Assembly (NCBI RefSeq): GCF_020745735.1
Contig: NC_083409.1
Span: 11,711,052 to 11,775,051, forward strand
Reading direction: 5' to 3'
Source of the DNA: Hemiscyllium ocellatum
Taxonomy: Eukaryota
Length of the DNA: 64,000 nt
Of this stretch, positions 61,479 to 64,000 are shown piece after piece. How positions within the stretch are numbered: position 1 is the stretch's first letter; each line of letters opens with the position of its first letter. The position numbers and the translations under genes are program-made. The notes beneath the pieces are model-generated. The model worked only from the letters and a program-made list of their open reading frames with translations. It had not been told where the DNA came from and ran no database searches.

Positions 61479-64000
61479 AGGCCATTCAGCCCATCATGCC
61501 TTTGAATGACCCAGTTAATCCCACTGCTCCCCTCTCTCTCCCTGTAACCCAGCAAATCTTTCCTTTACCGCTCAATCTCCAATTCTCTCTTATAGACCTC
61601 ATGTCCACAGAGTGAGACTGCCCTTAACCTGGGCTTCAAATTAGCATCTCATTCATTCATTGGGAGACAAACTGCCTGGGCTGGGAAATGGAGTTCAGGA
61701 CCCTGAACATTCCCTCTCCCCTCCTGAGGGACACTTCATTTGGTTTTGCATATTCACTTGTGGGAAGTGGGCTTCACCGGCTGGGCCAACATTTTTTACC
61801 CTGTCCCTAGTTGCCCTGGAGAAGGTGGTGGGAAGCTGCCATCTTGAATTGTTATCGTCCACAAGCTGTAAGATGACCCACAATGCCAGCATTTTAACCC
61901 AGCAAGGCTGAGGGATCAGCGACATATTTCCAAGTCAGGATGCTAAGCTTTTTCGAGGGGAACTTGCAGCTCACAGTGTTCCCATGTATCTGCTGCTCTT
62001 GTTCTAAATGGAAGTGAACGTGGGTTGGAAGGGAAACCAAAAGAACTGCAGATGCTGTCAATCCGAGACAAAAATAGAAAGTGCTGGAAAAGCTCAGCAG
62101 GTCTGGCAGCATCTGTGAAGAGAAATCAGAGTTAATATTTCATGCTCAACCAGAAATGTCAATTCTGATTTCTCTCCAAGATGCTGCCAGACCTGCTGAG
62201 CTTTTCCTGCAATTTTTATTTTTGTCCATGGGTTTGGAAGGTGCTACCTGAAGATCGGTGATGAATTTCTGCAGTGCATCTTATCGATAATACACACTGC
62301 TGCTATGGAGCGTCAGTGACGGTGAGTTTGGATGCTTTGAGAATGCGATGCCAATCAAGGAGTTTGCTTTGCTCTGGATGGTATCAAGTTTTTTGAGTGG
62401 ATAAGAAAGACATAGGATACAATAGACATAGATAGGAAAGATTTCAAGGGATATGTGTGAAATGCAGGCAAATAAGATGAGTTCACTTCAGAAAACCTGG
62501 TCAGCGTGTAGAAGTTTGGCTTAAGGGTTTGTTTCTGTGCTGCATGACTCTGTGACACTATCAATCTATGAATGTTGTTGGAGCTGCACCTGTCCAGGCA
62601 AGTGGGGAGTATTTGCTCACACTCCTGACTTGGTTGACAGGCTTTGGGGGGATCAGGAGGTGAGTTACTGGATGCAGTATTCGTAGCCTCTAACTTGCTC
62701 TTGTAACCACTGTGTTTCTTTGGTGAATCGAGTTGTGTTTCTGGTCAATGGCACCTCAAGAATGTTCATAGTGGGGATTCAGTGATGGTAATAGCATTGA
62801 TTATCAAGGGGCTATGTTTAGATTGTCTCTTATTGGTGATGGTGATTGGCTGGCATTTGCATGGCACCAATGGGAAATGTCACTTCTCAGACAAAACCTG
62901 GATATTGTCCAGATATTGTTGCATTTGCACGTGGACTGCGTCAGTATCTGAGGAGTTGGGAAGAGTGCTGAGCATTGTGCAATATGAGTTTGCCTTGAGT
63001 TGCAATATCTGTTTGGAGTCTGTCCTATTTAGTACGGTGATAGTACCACACAACACAATGGAGGGGATTCTCAATGTGAAGGTCAGACTTTGTTTCCACA
63101 AGGACTGTGTGATGGTCACTCTTACCAATACTGTCAAGGACAGATGCATCTACAGCCACAAGATTGGTGAGGATGGGGTCAAGCATCTTTTTCCATCTTT
63201 TGGTTCCAGCTGCAGAGCCAGTCCCTCAGCTACATCCATGAGGAACCAACCAGCTCGATCAGTAATGCTGCTGCCGAGCCACTCTCAGTGGTAGACATTG
63301 AAACCCCCCATCCAGTGTACACTCTCTGCTGTCATCACCCTCAGTGCTTCCTCCAAATGTTGTTCAACATCCAGGAGAGACTGATTCATCAGCCCAGGGA
63401 GCAAGATATCTTGTAATCACCAGGAGGTTTCCTCGCCCATGTTTAACCTGGTGTCATGAGTCTTTATAGGGTCCAGACCCAACTTTGAGACTTCCCAGGG
63501 TAACTCCCTTCTGGCTGCAGACCACTGTGTCATCAGCTCTGCTGGGTCTGCCTTTCTGGTGGGACAGGACACATGTAGGGACAGTGATGGTGGTGTCTGG
63601 GACATTGTCTGTAAGGTGTGGTTCTGTGAGTATGGCTGTGTCAGGCTGTTGCTTGAGTCATCTGTGAGACAGCTCTCCTGAATTTGGCACTAGCTCCCAG
63701 ATGTCAGTAAGGAGGATGGAGCAGGGTAGACAGGGCTGTTTCTGTCATTGTCTTTTCGGTGTCTAGATCGATGCCTGTGGTCCGTCCGGTCTCATTTCTT
63801 TGTTGAAACATTGTCATAATTGATACAACTGAGAGCCTTGCTCGGCCATTTCAGAGGGCACTAGAGAGTCAACCACATTGCTAGAGGACAGTGCCGTGTA
63901 CCCCGGCAGTACATTCCGACCGCCCCCACTTCCCCATTCTGTATATGGAAGGCGGAAGCCTGCCAGCAGGATATTCACCCGCAGGAGCTATCACAGCCCG

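Overview
This is elasmobranch (shark) genomic DNA, probably from a carpet shark. That is inferred from the HE1-type SINEs, CR1/HER1-type LINEs and the close resemblance to nurse-shark NS4 light chains as I recall them. The only host gene I can support is one complete, unrearranged immunoglobulin kappa-type light-chain cluster on the minus strand: leader 32335-32383, V 31850-32148 with a perfect 12-RSS, J 31340-31374 with a perfect 23-RSS, a 9.9-kb J-C intron, C 21099-21427 and AATAAA at 20565-20570. Most of the rest is decayed CR1 LINEs, HE1-type SINEs, Penelope fragments, one Gmr1-like Gypsy relic and microsatellites. The main unexplained structure is that both flanks of the cluster have old inverted paralogous copies inside the window. 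For the 3' flank, 4344-7620 pairs with 9740-19171. For the 5' flank, 37451-45042 pairs with 60096-61478. Each pair holds a 200-300 bp core about 95% identical by hand count, amid visibly more diverged repeat debris. The 5' core carries a PU.1/IRF (EICE), kB-like and RUNX motif set, and the 3' core carries a CTCF-like motif plus an E-box. This suggests an alternating-orientation cluster array with dedicated cis-regulatory modules. Positions 1-3109 are a near-identical direct copy of 48185-51301 ending at a 13-N gap, most likely a contig-overlap assembly artefact. Exon and RSS boundaries were read base by base; repeat boundaries are approximate and set by eye.
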